Assembly: GCA_021432655.1 (NCBI GenBank)
Contig: MU271516.1
Span: 1-51,099, forward strand
Direction: 5' to 3'
Source of the DNA: Atractiella rhizophila
Taxonomy: Eukaryota
DNA length: 51,099 nt
This document shows, one piece after another, positions 26,142 through 38,593 of this stretch. A program made the position numbers and the translations under genes. Each line of letters begins with the position of its first letter. Position 1 is the stretch's first letter. Below the pieces are notes generated by a model that was not told the DNA's origin, made no database searches, and was given only the letters and a program-made list of their open reading frames with translations.

Positions 26142-26682
26142 TTCTTGGCATGAGTCATAAGACGCACTTTTGAGCCCTCATACCTCCCTCACCATGCACA
26201 ACAGAATAAAATGAATCATGCCATCATAACCCATATGCTTGCCCCTTTCTGAACCTGCAAGGAAATTTTATTCTGAAGGGGGTAAAAAAATGCACTTCAT
26301 ACTGGACTCGAACCCTTACATGAGTCACCATAGGGTTCAAGGGGCCATGCCCCTTGTGAGTGGGTTGGGGGGCCTGAGGGACGAAGGCCGCTGATACACT
26401 CGTACCTCTAAAAGCCATCCATTCTTGGCATGAGTCATAAAACGCACTTTTGAGCCTTTATACCTCCCTTACCAGGCATATTGAAACGAAATGAATTACA
26501 CCATCTTACTGCTTATGCTTGCACCTTTCTGAAGCTTTGAGGAAACTTTATTCTGAAGGGGGTAAAAAATGTTCTTCATACTGGACTCAAACCCTCACAA
26601 GAGTCACAGTAGGGTCCAAGGGGCCATGCTCCTTGCGAGCGGGTTGGAGGCCTGAGGGACAAAGGCCCGCGACACACTTGTA
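26142..26682 (+). repeat. Diverged tandem duplication, period 280 bp (2 copies)
   Basis: TTCTTGGCATGAGTCATAA.ACGCACTTTTGAGCC starts at 26142 and 26422; colinear throughout. Confidence 0.9.
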
Positions 26683-27745
26683 GTAAAGATAAGAATATTG
26701 ATTACAATAGTGCTTGATCATTTGATCCATCCAGCACCCAAAAATGATCAGAAAAAGTGTTCACAACCCTCTGAAGACTTTCCACCATGCGCCGTCCCTT
26801 TTAAGCAACAACTGCAAACCCCATCCGACCCTTCAACGTTCAAAACTTGGTACTCACAGCTGACACCTTTCCTAACAGCAATACCCACAATCCAGTGCCT
26901 TTCTACCTCACCAATCACAGCTCCACAAATCCGGCTATGTCATTCCACTGGCTTGGCAGAATGTCACACCATCTCAACATCAAATCCATCAAGATCACCT
27001 GTCGTCGTATGGAATGACCGGTGGCAGTTGGCCAAAGTAATCCTATAGATTTGATCAATTTCGGTTGAAAATAAGTTAGAATACTCACATTATAGTGCCA
27101 GTTATCTAATATAATCACTTAAACTGTACTGCTGGAGTGGAAGACAGGAGAAAGTACGAAAGGGGCGTTGACAAGGAACATGGAGATCATCATTGACACA
27201 TCAATCGTATCAACACTCATCAATACTCATCACGCAATTTTGTGCGCTTTGGTGGGCATCAAGAATCCCACTGAATATGCTCGAAGGTCCTCCTTTGGGA
27301 ACGTTGTACCACTGCAATGAGACATGATGACTGTATAAATTTATGGACACCTAGTTGAGAGCTTACATGAGTTTATCCATGTGTTCCGATGAAGCTCGCC
27401 TGGGAAGTGGTCTTGTAATCATGCGGTGTTAAGGATTCTCATCAAAATTTCTGGAAGTCTGTTAAGGATCCTGATAACACATAGTATCTTCTCTTAGCAT
27501 CAAGATGTGGGCTCAGAAAAGGGGCCTTGGAACTTGAAACGTGAAACTTCCTGCACGGTTGTGTGCAACAGTGTAAGGTCGAGGAGGTTTCAGAATTCAT
27601 TCATCCTATCGCATGGATGTAAATGAGGGCAGATTATTCCTGATCAGGACTTGGGATGGGACGGCATTCTGACCCTGAGAGTGACTGAAAATGTTGTCCG
27701 TACCATTATTGGCAGAAGCATCTGATTAGATTGGATGGTCCTTGA

Positions 27746-27907
27746 TGATGAAATTACAAGTTCATGATATTATGATAAAGAATCTAGTGCTTTTATACTT
27801 TTACAGTAAGTGGCAAACATTGGTAAGCACCGTAGTCCAGAACGTTCAAGAAGAACAGCCACAGATCTGGTGGCAATGAATGACGCTCAAGTGCCAAAAT
27901 CCTGACA
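27746..27907 (-). mobile_element. Short solo LTR (162 bp), subfamily A
   Basis: TG...ACA ends, exact TSD CTTGA; homologous to 16384-16546. Confidence 0.88.
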
Positions 27908-27966
27908 CTTGAAATGTCCAAGATTCAGCAGAGATTGTAGCATTTACGTACAAAACATAACAAAAG

Positions 27967-28141
27967 TGTTGTTATTCTCTGTTAATCTCAAACAAATATA
28001 TTACGTTTGGCTGAGCTCTTGCAAACGCATAAGCAGCAGCAATACAACAATAGGTGTTTATATACATGAGAGCTGTGGCAAATAGAAACTTCCAGAATGT
28101 TCATGAAGAAAGTATTACTAACATTTTACGCATCTCCAACA
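27967..28141 (-). mobile_element. LTR-like remnant related to 19158-19360
   Basis: TGTTG...CCAACA ends, shared TTACGTTTGGCTGAGCTCTTGCAAA core; no TSD found. Confidence 0.45.
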
Positions 28142-28421
28142 CTTCCGCCAAAATGTAAGGTAATCATTCCAGAAATGAAATAAGAAACAAGACTTTTCTA
28201 TCCTTTCTCTAATTCAACAGCTTCTTCGGATACTAAGCTTCATCATCAGTTCAATAAGCCAGTAGTTGTCCCAGAATACTCCTTGAATTGATCTCATGCC
28301 TAACTCGCATAGATCAGGCCTCACACACCTCTGTTCAATAGATCCTGCCCGACCATTCCACTACTCTTCGACTCCAGTAAATCATTTCATCTTCAAAACA
28401 CGTAATCTGATAGGCTTTCGT

Positions 28422-30110
28422 TCACAGCACATCGGGAGAGAGAGCATCTGGTTTGCCTGAGCTCTTCGTATTGGAGCATGAAGTTGAAGTGAGAAAGGTA
28501 GAGGAGCCTATGAGCCTGTCTACAATTAAGCTTCTGAGGTTCCTTGAAGTACTGAAGTGCCTTATGGTCTGTGACGACAGTGATAGGAATAGATTGACCT
28601 TTGAGGAGATAACAACATTCTTCCAGAGCTCAAACAATTGCCAGCATTTCTTTGTCATAAATCTCATAGCTACGTTCAGCAGCGGAGGGAGACTTTGAGA
28701 GGAAGGCGATGGGGTAGTACTTGCCATTGTCCTTCTTCTGTAAGAGAATAGCACCAAGTGTAAAGCCAGAGCTGTCAGCTTTGATGAGGTAGGGTTTATC
28801 ATCTTCTGGGAAAGACAGGACTGGTGCTGTAGTGACTACCTTTTTCAGATTGTCAAATGGCTGTTGTTGCTGTTGTTCCCAATGAAAGTTGACCCTCTTC
28901 TGAGATAGAGGGCAAGCGATAGACGAGAAATCCTTGATGCAGTGGCGATAGAATTGGGTGAATCCAATAAAAGACTGAACTTCTTTGAGGTTCCTAGGGG
29001 TTAGCCATTCCATTACTCCAACAACTTTGACTGGGTCCATCTTGATTCCAGTTCCAGAGGGGTCCATCTTGATTCCAGTTCCAGAGAGGATGTAACTGAG
29101 GTATTCCATTTCTGTTTTAAGAAATTCAAATTTCTCCAGTTTGAGGTATAGACCATATTGTTTGAATCATTTACAGATTTCCTGAACCAGCTCCTCATTT
29201 CTGTGCTCCGTCATGGTGTGGATCCTGTTGTCAATGTAGACTTCTACTTCTCCACTCAAGATCAGATCCCAAAGAACTTCTGTCATCCTTGTCTGAAAGG
29301 TACCAGGAGCATTGCAGAGACTGTAGAACATGACCAATGGCTCAAAGAGACCCCGATTGGTAAGGAAAGCTACCTTGTGTTCGTCTCCTTCCTTGATCCT
29401 AACATTGTTGTATCCCCAGCAATGTCAAGTTTCCTGAAGATCTTGTCGCTGATTCATTTGATGAGGTCATTGAGGGGAGGAATAGGGTATTGATTCTTCA
29501 TTGTCATGTCGTTTAGTTTTCAAAAGTCCTGAATTAGATGAAGTTCCTTTCCATCCTTCTTGTGAATGAAGAAACTGGATACCCATGCTCTCCCTTCCCA
29601 TGCCATATCTTCTCTAAGAACTTATCCAACTCTCCTTGCTCATTCTCAGACATAGGGTACACCTGACCCCTTATAAGCCACTGCTCCTTCCTTGAGGTCA
29701 ATAGCATGATCCTACTTCCTCCTCTCTGGGAGTTTATCAAATTCCTTCTCATCAAAGACATCCGAAAATTGTTGCAGCCACTGAGGCAGCTCCTCTGTAG
29801 CCTGCTCTGGGTTCTTGGCTATTGATTCCTGAGCAAGATGTTGGGATATCGACGTTGTGGCAGAGAAATGAAGGGAGGATGGGTGATTGGGAGTGTTGAT
29901 ATCGACCATGGAGATGAAGTTGTTGAGCCAGGGTGGAAGTTCAGCTGGGATAAGTTCCTTCCTGATTTCCTTTGCATTGATGCTGTTGAGCTTTGTCTGG
30001 ACAGATCCACAGGAAGTTGGACATCGATCCAACTTGATGGTCCCCCCTCTCCAGTCAATCGAGGGATTGTGATTGAAAAGCCAGTTGTAACCAAGAATTG
30101 TATCCAGTGA
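28422..30110 (-). pseudogene. Ty3/Gypsy retrotransposon pol remnant (protease end, RT, RNase H)
   Basis: ILGYNWL..HNPSIDW; GYNNVRIKEGDEHKVAF..GLFEPLVMF; VYIDN (YIDD decayed); ADSSGFTLGAILLQ..IAFLSK..YEIYDKEMLAIV; TDHKAL; KPDALS. Includes a small tandem duplication (GTGIKMDP x2). Confidence 0.92.
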
Positions 30111-30199
30111 GAATAAAGAATCCCAGGTCCCCACCAGAGGATCTAGTTGGGAATGTGTAAGAGATGGAGATGGTGAATGCACATAGGCATGCAACTAAG

Positions 30200-31906
30200 C
30201 CAAGAGCGATCATGAAAGACTCAAAAAGTTCTCAAACCTGGAGTTGCTCTTGTTCAGCAAGGTCATGCTGCCATGCAAGCCAACAGCCAGAGATGAACAG
30301 GTCGAGAATATATAAGATTTTGTGGGCAAATCCAAGGAGGGAAATACACGGAATAAGCAGTCAGTCATACACATTCCACTATTCATGCATTTTGTATTTG
30401 GAATTTCAGAATCGATATGTGTTTCTTTGACCAGCCTGAGAGAAATGATAAGGAATGTCTGCCCTTGAGTGCTCAACCATGTGACCAAACTCTTCTCGCA
30501 CTTCCTGTGTGGGATGCCATGGCTCAGGGAGAGTTTCCTGCTTATTGATTCCCATAGTAGATTCAAATATCAGGTCTGCATTATTCTTCCAGTGAAGATG
30601 GGGTCTCCAGCAAAAAAAGTCCAACGGTCACGAAATGTCTTGAATCCAGAAGCTGGAGTTATAGCAATAACACCAGTGTCGCGTCCTGTCTCTACTCGTA
30701 TTTTCTAAGTTGTAGTGAGTGCGAAATCTTTGGCTCTCTCTGCGTACTCGGTTGTAGTGCGCATGGGAAGATTATACGGATTGTATCTTGCTGGTCAATA
30801 GTTGGGAAGACTGCCATGAGTGTGAGAATGTGAGGTGCACGGATAGTAGTAGTGCTGTCCAAGTCGCTGACCAATTAGCTTGGAAAAGTGACAGCCACAC
30901 TTGCCTTGATGGCCTGTGCAGCCATTCGCCTTTACAGAGCCAAGTTTGTCACCTAGGTTTGTAAGTAGTGTGCAGTGTGACTGATCCAGTTTATTAATCA
31001 GCCAGCCTTTCCAAACAAACTATTTCTGACAAGACACATCCCACATCCACAACACTCCACTCAGCTTTGCCATGGCCTTATAAAATGGTAGGAAGAAAGA
31101 TTAGATGTCGACTGGATTGTTCGCACTGGGAATGCCTAGTGTGAAGAGAGGACACTGCCACTTTGCCCTGACACACATGTCAAAACCAAGGAACGTAAGA
31201 ATGACAAACCACATGTTGGAATCAGTAACATGGATAGCTGCACCACCTGTTGAAGCAATGAAAACAGATTCACGTTCGTCTTCGATAAAGCCAATATGGT
31301 CCTTTGCTAGCATCTGCACTGCCATACCATGATGGAAGTCATTGTAAGTGTATCTGTTGTTCAGCTTGTGTAGGAGATACTCAGTTTTCAGAGTTTCTTC
31401 CAACTTCCTTCCAAAGTATCCCATCATTCCTGCAGTTTGTGGCATTCTGAACATAGCGTTAATTCGAAGGAGCAGATTACAGAACAGAAAGCACTTTTGT
31501 TTTTTCTTTTTCCTGGAATTCTAGAACGTCCAAAAGAAAGAGAATAACGAGGTTGATTGCATGGCACGTTCACTTCATTAGTCTTTCAAGAATGTGGACA
31601 TCTAAGCCTTGTATTTGAATCTGAACTTTATGGTGCATTTCCAGAGTAAGGCACGCACGACTGACAACCCAGTCCTTGAAAGAGCCGGAAAGCGGTGGGA
31701 AAACCAATTCCAACTGACACTTTTCTTTCTCGTGTATCAGAGCAAGACCCTCTTGCTACTGAAGAGAGAGCTCTATATCTCTTTCTTGAATTTAATTTAA
31801 TTTTTCTCACAATCCGAATACGGTCTTTTAAATGTACTCTCAATAAACCTTCCATGTCACCATCAAATTCCACCTCTTGGCTGTCTGTGTATAGATACCC
31901 TGCCAA
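30200..31906 (-). pseudogene. CACTA/EnSpm-like Tnp2 (Transposase_21-type) remnant
   Basis: C..SC...CP..CNQPRY..LRINAMF; FIEDERESVFIASTGG (STDG-like); GIPSANNPVDI*SFL; GDKLG..GHQGKCGC; KMHE*W. Motif order matches fungal Tnp2 transposases as I recall them. Confidence 0.7.
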
Positions 31907-33646
31907 TGGAGTGAGATATCCAGATTGGTTCTCTTAGGATATCCACTCTACTTGGCAGCTTCCCCCCATTGCTCACAACAAGAAGAGTGTCAGCCCTAAC
32001 AAAAGCCAGGGCCTTCGAGCTCTTCATCAAAAGCAATTCCTGGTTCCATGCTACCACAGACCCAATCCCGGAAAAGCCCAACAAAATAGCCAATCCACCC
32101 ATTCCCATCGACGATGACAACTCCCAGCCCTCCTCTCCTGATGAACCCCATTCGTTCTCTACAGCAGCGCAAAAAGGGAAATTCAAGGAACCCCAGTTTC
32201 TAGACACAAAATGGCAAAAGCACACCCCGAAGAGGTCTGCCCAGTTTTGTTGATGCTTCATCAAAGATTTGGGAAACCACAAACCAGACTTAAATCAGAG
32301 CAGTGTGTCTCTTCTACATTCGTACGCACTTCCCATTTTTGAAGGAGTAGAATGATGTGAACTTTTCCCCTGGATCCTAGCTCGACTGTGGCAGACTGTT
32401 TACTTCGCATTTTCCTATTACTCATTCTGCATAATCCGGTTCGTCAGCGTCACTCGTTCTCTTCTGCGCTGGCACACGTCACAAAGCGTCGTCTGACGTG
32501 ACTCCTTTCCATCAATACATCAATAGATAGAGAACTGGGATGAACTTCCGTTTCGTCCCCAACTGTATCACTACCAGTCTACAGGAAGCTGTCCACTTCA
32601 ACATCACAGATTGTTTGCTTTATGATAGTGTCATTCAAGCCAACAACAACTCCAGCGGGACTATACACATTCTTTCCCTCCGTAGCCTTCACACTTTTGA
32701 AAATTCACCGTGGAAAGAGTGCCCGTTTGCTCTGACGACGCATCCACGAATCTCCCACTATAGACCTCAATAATCGTTCCTGAGTTTCATCAGTTCGAAT
32801 GGGAATGGGGAGTATCCTGAAGCGGGTCGTGCCCCTTCGTACCCTAGCCTGGGTTTTTGGGGGTGTGGGGTTCCATAATAATGCGCTGTAATGTTGGGAC
32901 TTGGGACGAAGAGCTCGCCAACTGGCAATGATCAATTGGTTTGTACCCATTCGAATTCGTTGGTGACCACCATATCTCCGCATTGTCACGAGGGCACACC
33001 TCTGACAAACTTGGAAGGCGGCGGGTGCTCTGTTCTTCAGCTCGGGCGGGATCACACTCTGGCAGTGTAAATATCTCCTTGGGTTCTTCGGCATGTCGTC
33101 CTTCGTCTGACTCGCTTGATTTCCGTCCGTTGGGATTGCTTGACAACTGCAGAGGAGGAGGCAGGATGGTTAGCCTTTGCGGGATCTTGTTGAAGGCTGT
33201 CCAGTGAATGGCAGCAACCTCAGAAAGACGTGGTTGGGTGAGGACAGGTTCGCCTGGCAACATGTTTCATTGTCCACACAGGAAAATAAATGGAAGGAGT
33301 ACCTGTCAAAAGAGAGGCAGTCGTCCAAGCCTTCCCTCGTTTCGATCCATTCAATGAATGCAGTCTTGCACGCCTTACCGCTTTTTCCCGGCTGGGGTAA
33401 GGACTTTGTCGAACGTGGAACTGACTAGTCTTGATCTGACGGTCCTGAGACCACATTTCAATGTTGCACAATCAATCCAAGAAAGGAATGGGGAGAACAA
33501 ACTTTTAAACGCATACCTAAAACCTACCATAAGTTTTAGAGAGGGACAAGCAAAAGAACGGACCACAAGCAGTACAAAATCCATGCCTCCTAGTTACGCA
33601 AGTACCACAACGCATGCACCTCTGCGCTATTACATTGCCTTGTTGT

Positions 33647-34193
33647 AACAACGTTGAGGCATATTTGGCGTACTAATATCACCATTAATAAAGCTCGACA
33701 GCATTGAGCAACACACGGCTATTTGGCTAGGGTTGGGGCGACACAAGTTCGTTTCCCCTGTCCTACAGCCCCAATCAGACATGGGACATTTTGGAAAGGA
33801 TGGCTCACGCTGTGCAAGGTCCGCAAGGTGTCATCTGCAAAGAGTGGATCAGTTCACCACCCAACGCTCCATGCAAATCCCAGATACCGAATCGCACGCC
33901 ATCCTTCCGTCTACATCTCGCAACAACGTGGAGGCATATTTGGCGTACTAATATCACCATTAATAAAGCTCGACGGCATTGAGCAACACACGGCTATTTG
34001 GCTAGGGTTGGGGCGACACAAGTTCGCTTCCCCTGTCCTACAGCCCCAATCAGACATGGGACATTTTGGAAAGGATGGCTCACGCTGTGCAAGATCCGCA
34101 AGGTGTCGTCTGCAAAAAGTGGATCAGTTCACCACCACCCACCACTCCATTGAAATCCCAGATACCGTATCGCACGCAATCCTTCCGTCTACA
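33647..34193 (+). repeat. Recent tandem duplication, period 275 bp (2 copies)
   Basis: AACAACGT.GAGGCATATTTGGCGTACTAATATCACC starts at 33647 and 33922; nearly identical over the first ~200 bp. Confidence 0.93.
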
Positions 34194-34585
34194 CCGCTGG
34201 ACAATCGATCAGTCACCCGTCCAACAACGTCAACCGCTCACCATCCAGGCACACGACCAATCATCATTGACGATCCACCAACGGGGACGATGACACCTCC
34301 AGTCAGCCTTATGTTTTGCGGATTTGTCGTTCGATCCACCGTCATCATTGTCATCTCTTCTTGCATGGTGAAAGGAGTGGCAGTGGACGCAAGGCATTGC
34401 AGGAAGGCAAGATTTTATATCACAAATCTAACCGTGCCTCAGTTCTTCTTTCGGGGCGATTGTTGTATATGTTGAGGTCTGAAACGAGGAACGCAACGCT
34501 GAATCCTAATCATGAATTGCAAATGCTAAGTTTCCTCTCGCATGGGAATCCGTAGAATGCCTATTACTTTACCAAGCCGTCTATA

Positions 34586-35219
34586 CGGGTTAGCGCGTGG
34601 GTAGCACGGGTACACCCGTGAATGTGGGGGATACAGAAGCCTCTCCAGTTTCGCCTACCCCAGCCTGTTCCTCGCCTTGATCGCTTCAATAAATTGAGCT
34701 TAATTATAATTGTCCATCGCTTCTAACGAGAAGACCGAACAAGCCAAACGGATCCTCTCCCCGAGCGGTCAGAGAATGATTAAAGAATATAGTCGAAAGT
34801 CTACAAAGCACTTTGACCAAATAACGTCAGGAAGGATATCAAAATCTAGAAAGCACAATTATCTGGCAGCTTTTCATACCAGCCAACTATTCCAGCGTCC
34901 CCAGCTATATTTGGGATCGCAAGTCAGCGCCAGGCCCAAATGTTTGCGCCGCAATCAGATGTGAGCTCCCAGAAAATGAATGTTTATCCGCTGACAGCCA
35001 TTGATAACGACCTCGAGCATCTCCATTGCTCCTTTTCCTAAGAACGCTGCCGTTGGGACTAATCCATCGTCGATGTCGATGGAAGGTTATACCTGCCCGT
35101 AAATTTGCCTGAATTCTAATAAGAATCCGTCAGAATTTGAGAGTTTCCGCATGGTGCGTTTCTTTGTTCCCCACTCCGCCAGAAGAGCTTTTCGTTCCAC
35201 CCAATCACGGGCGAACCCG
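34586..35219 (+). mobile_element. Putative non-autonomous DNA element with CGG-N6-CCG palindromes at both ends; left arm of a long inverted repeat
   Basis: ~34586-35165 is the colinear reverse complement of ~45645-46167; palindromes at 34586 (degenerate), 34607 and 35208. Confidence 0.7.
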
Positions 35220-36039
35220 AAGAGAAGATGGGGCCAGAAATGGTGATGGTTGCACCTTGATCCAGCGTTCCATCAGCGGGATTCAATGTAGAGAGAACAC
35301 AATCTTAAAGGGAAGACTGCTTACCCTAGGCCAAGGCAACAAAGCGAGCATCCCCAGCCGCTCCTATGCCGTAAAAAGATACTCGACGCGGAAGAGACAG
35401 CGTACATAATGGTTTCGTCCACCATGAAACAAGGGCTGAAGTTAGAACGGATCTTGCGGCTTGCCGGTTCCATACCTCCTGCATCTTCCTTCTATTGTAA
35501 ACACGGGTGGTAAGATTCTGAAACCAGTGAAACGAGCAGCTAACAAGAGGACTGTTATGTATGCATAACAAAGTTTTCGCATGTTCAGAAAGCACGAAAC
35601 AGAACCGACTGGCAAAGGTTTCGACTGGAGTTTACTTAATTAAATGATCGACTCGGACTTTATTCCGTTTAATAACAATCGACATTGCCAAAGGATGACC
35701 AAAAAATGTTCCCGCCATAGCCATAGACGAAATCAAACTTTATCGGAAACTGCATACGAATGAAACAAATTGGTGACACCGAAACTCCAACTAAGAAAGA
35801 ATGTAGTGAAAGTACCACCGCAATCGATAGTCTTTTCCACTCCTAAGCCTCTCATGGAACAGCTGTATCTCTGAGAATTGATGGTCGCTGAGAAACTAGG
35901 TGGTGCCTTACTTCCTTTTACCAGCTCATTCAGAGGTGTTGGAGAATAACAAACCCTGGCTCTCAATATCAAACTTAACGCTGACTACCCCCTCCGCGTC
36001 TGGCATGGCAACGTGCGCGACTTCACGAACAGTGCGGCC

Positions 36040-37500
36040 CTAGAAGGATTTCCATCGCATTCCGATTGTGGAGGAGGAGAAACATACATCTAACTCCAAG
36101 CTGTTACAGGTACCCACCGACCGATGCGATGGAGTGTCGCAAAACGATGACATTCTTAATCTCGCTTGGCTGATGAGACCAAGGATGCTGGAAACGATTG
36201 GCATTCAGCCACCAAAGGATCAGGGGTTCAATACTTACCTGCTGACACATACGTTAGGGACGAGAAGGCCGACTATGTCGTACCAGTCAGTGGTTTAGAC
36301 AAACGGGACGTACTCGCGATGTGATAGGCCGTCTGTGGACATGCAAGGAAGAGGATGAGTTCGAGGACGCGAAGGGAAGAGGTAACCAGGTTTATTCCGA
36401 TGGCGCAGTAAATTAACTGCATCGCCCATATTTCTTGAACTTCCTATCAGGGCAGCAATTTAGTACGAAAACACACGCGCCAAATCAGATCTGTTGTCGT
36501 CTGAAGACATGTCAGTGTGGTAAATAATAGGAGGAGAAAACTGACAGAAAAGTCGGTCCTCTTCACTTGTTTCTTGAGAGCGAGAACGAAAAGGAGGCAA
36601 AGAAGGCAATCGACAAAAGCGGATCCACCTAACTGGAACGAAGCAGCTGTGTTCATCTCGTTATTTGATATCGGTAAACAGGAGACACGGAAACGCGCTT
36701 GGAATTACTGCAGGAATCCACTCGTCACCTTGGCTCTCATTAGCGCACTCTTCGCGCAGAAAGATCACACACTTGGTCTGGTGATTGAAACGTAACCGGC
36801 TACGTTCGTTTTCTCGGCATATAAATGGGAGGGGAGAAATGCTTCACTGAAAAATGCGGCCGCATAATGCCCAATTGAGAGAGCGACTGCTGCCAGGAGA
36901 CCGATGGTCCAGAAGAGCGTGTGGTTCGAGCCATCCCTCTTCTTGAAAGCATAGATTCGACGGGCATACAGGATTTGACACAAGCTGGTGAGCGTGGGAC
37001 CAGTCACTAGCCTGATAAGTGATGTAGGAAGCGAAGAATGATGGCGAAGAGTAAGACAAACAAGGCTATTGTCAAGCGATTGGGCAGTCTGAAGGCGGCA
37101 TGTCAGTTCAAGAAAACAGTCGCAAGGGGGCCAAACGTGAAACCAGTTACTCCACGGAGCGTAACGTCACGAAGAAATCGCTCAAACCAAATGAACTTGA
37201 TCACACTTTACCCCAGTCATATTAAGTTCGTTAAGGAGCTAGTCAAAGAAGGGGAAAAGAACGGACCAGTCCGTGACGCCGAGGAGTAGAAGAGCAGAGA
37301 GTTCGCAAACGACCAGCTTCTTGGTCGACTCGAAAACAAACGGCTCAGCATCGTTTGATACCTTGAGGACGGAAAATGTACTTGGGAATTGCTGGAAAGA
37401 ATTTTGAAACAATGATAAACCTGGAGTCGCAACAATGAGCAATGTCAAAACTCGAAGCACCGGCCCACCTGAGCAAGTCCAATTCCCCACAGGCCAACGG
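36040..37500 (-). CDS. DUF6534-like fungal 7TM integral membrane protein (multi-exon; intactness uncertain)
   Basis: GPVL..FQQFP; CQILYARRIY; GSAFVDCLLCLLFVLAL; LIYCAIGINLVTSSLRVLELILFLACPQTAYHIA; ILGLISQAR. These follow the family's TM pattern, with short introns between them. Confidence 0.65.
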
Positions 37501-37994
37501 AGAGCACAACTGCGATTGCAACGGGTCGTATAGTGCTCACATAGAGAGCTGGACTGGACATGACAAAATCAGCCGCAGGACTGGCCATCCTGTCGCATAA
37601 TATGAGCAGGTAGTAAGGTAGTGAGAGGACGCAACTGCTTCAGTTTTGGTTGACAGCTTTTATGCCTGGTGATCCATTTCGATTGGATCGCTCTTCTTGT
37701 TCGCGCAGAGGCAAAATTCGCCGGTCATTGCAGTTGAAAATAAATTGAAGCATAATAGTGTGAATCAAAGTATGTCGATTGGGCAAAGAAGAGGGTCTGC
37801 ATAAACTTCCACGAGCGCGGGACATCCCCTCTGCCTGCCTCGGTGATGCTGCTGTTGTGTCGGAAACAATAATTTGAGGTCCTCTTCTCAGGCCTCAACC
37901 AGAGGGAACGTAAAATTTCCTTTTTGGGTACACTCGAGGAACGGAAAGCACCTTCTACCCCAGTTTCCACTTTCCACATCTGCTATCTTCTTCG

Positions 37995-38081
37995 AGAACA
38001 GCTGTACGGGTTCGCCCGTGAAAATCGCGGGTTCGCCCGTGGTTAGGATGGCAGAAAGTGAAGGGTTAACCCATGCTACCC
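37995..38081. repeat. Paired ACGGGTTCGCCCGTG palindromes in the divergent 7TM/GTPase intergenic region
   Basis: CGG-GTTCGC-CCG at 38007 and 38028 (21 bp apart), plus a degenerate inverted copy at ~38062-38081. Confidence 0.75.
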
Positions 38082-38593
38082 AATGACCTACTGCGCCGTC
38101 CACCGCCGAATTGCAGCTACACCGTGTTGATGTTCTACGAAGTGTTGGTACACCCAGCGAAGCGTTTGCGTTTTACAGATTCCACATTCCCTGTTGGCGA
38201 AAAGGTCATTGTTTCCAATTCACGATACAACAGCAGCATCACAACCGGACCTCGGAATCTGCCTCCATTGCCTGCGCCACGTACTTCGATGCGGATTTCA
38301 ACGTGAACTGTAGGGCCGGACGACTCTTCCGACCTGAACGTGCCGAAGGAAGGAACTTGGAGTTCAGCGGGAGTATTTCGATTTGAGTTTTTCTGGATGA
38401 GAAACCTCACGATTCACGACTAGCTCTATTATCGGCCGCTCGTTTCAGTTATGAGATCGCAGCTCCTCTTCAAATAAAAGACCGTGCCTTGGAATAGGCC
38501 AACTTTTGGAGAAGCCAATGCATGAGGCCACTCAAATCTTTGACATCCCGACGAGAACTTGCACTGCTGACAACGTGGGACGACGAAGACGTG

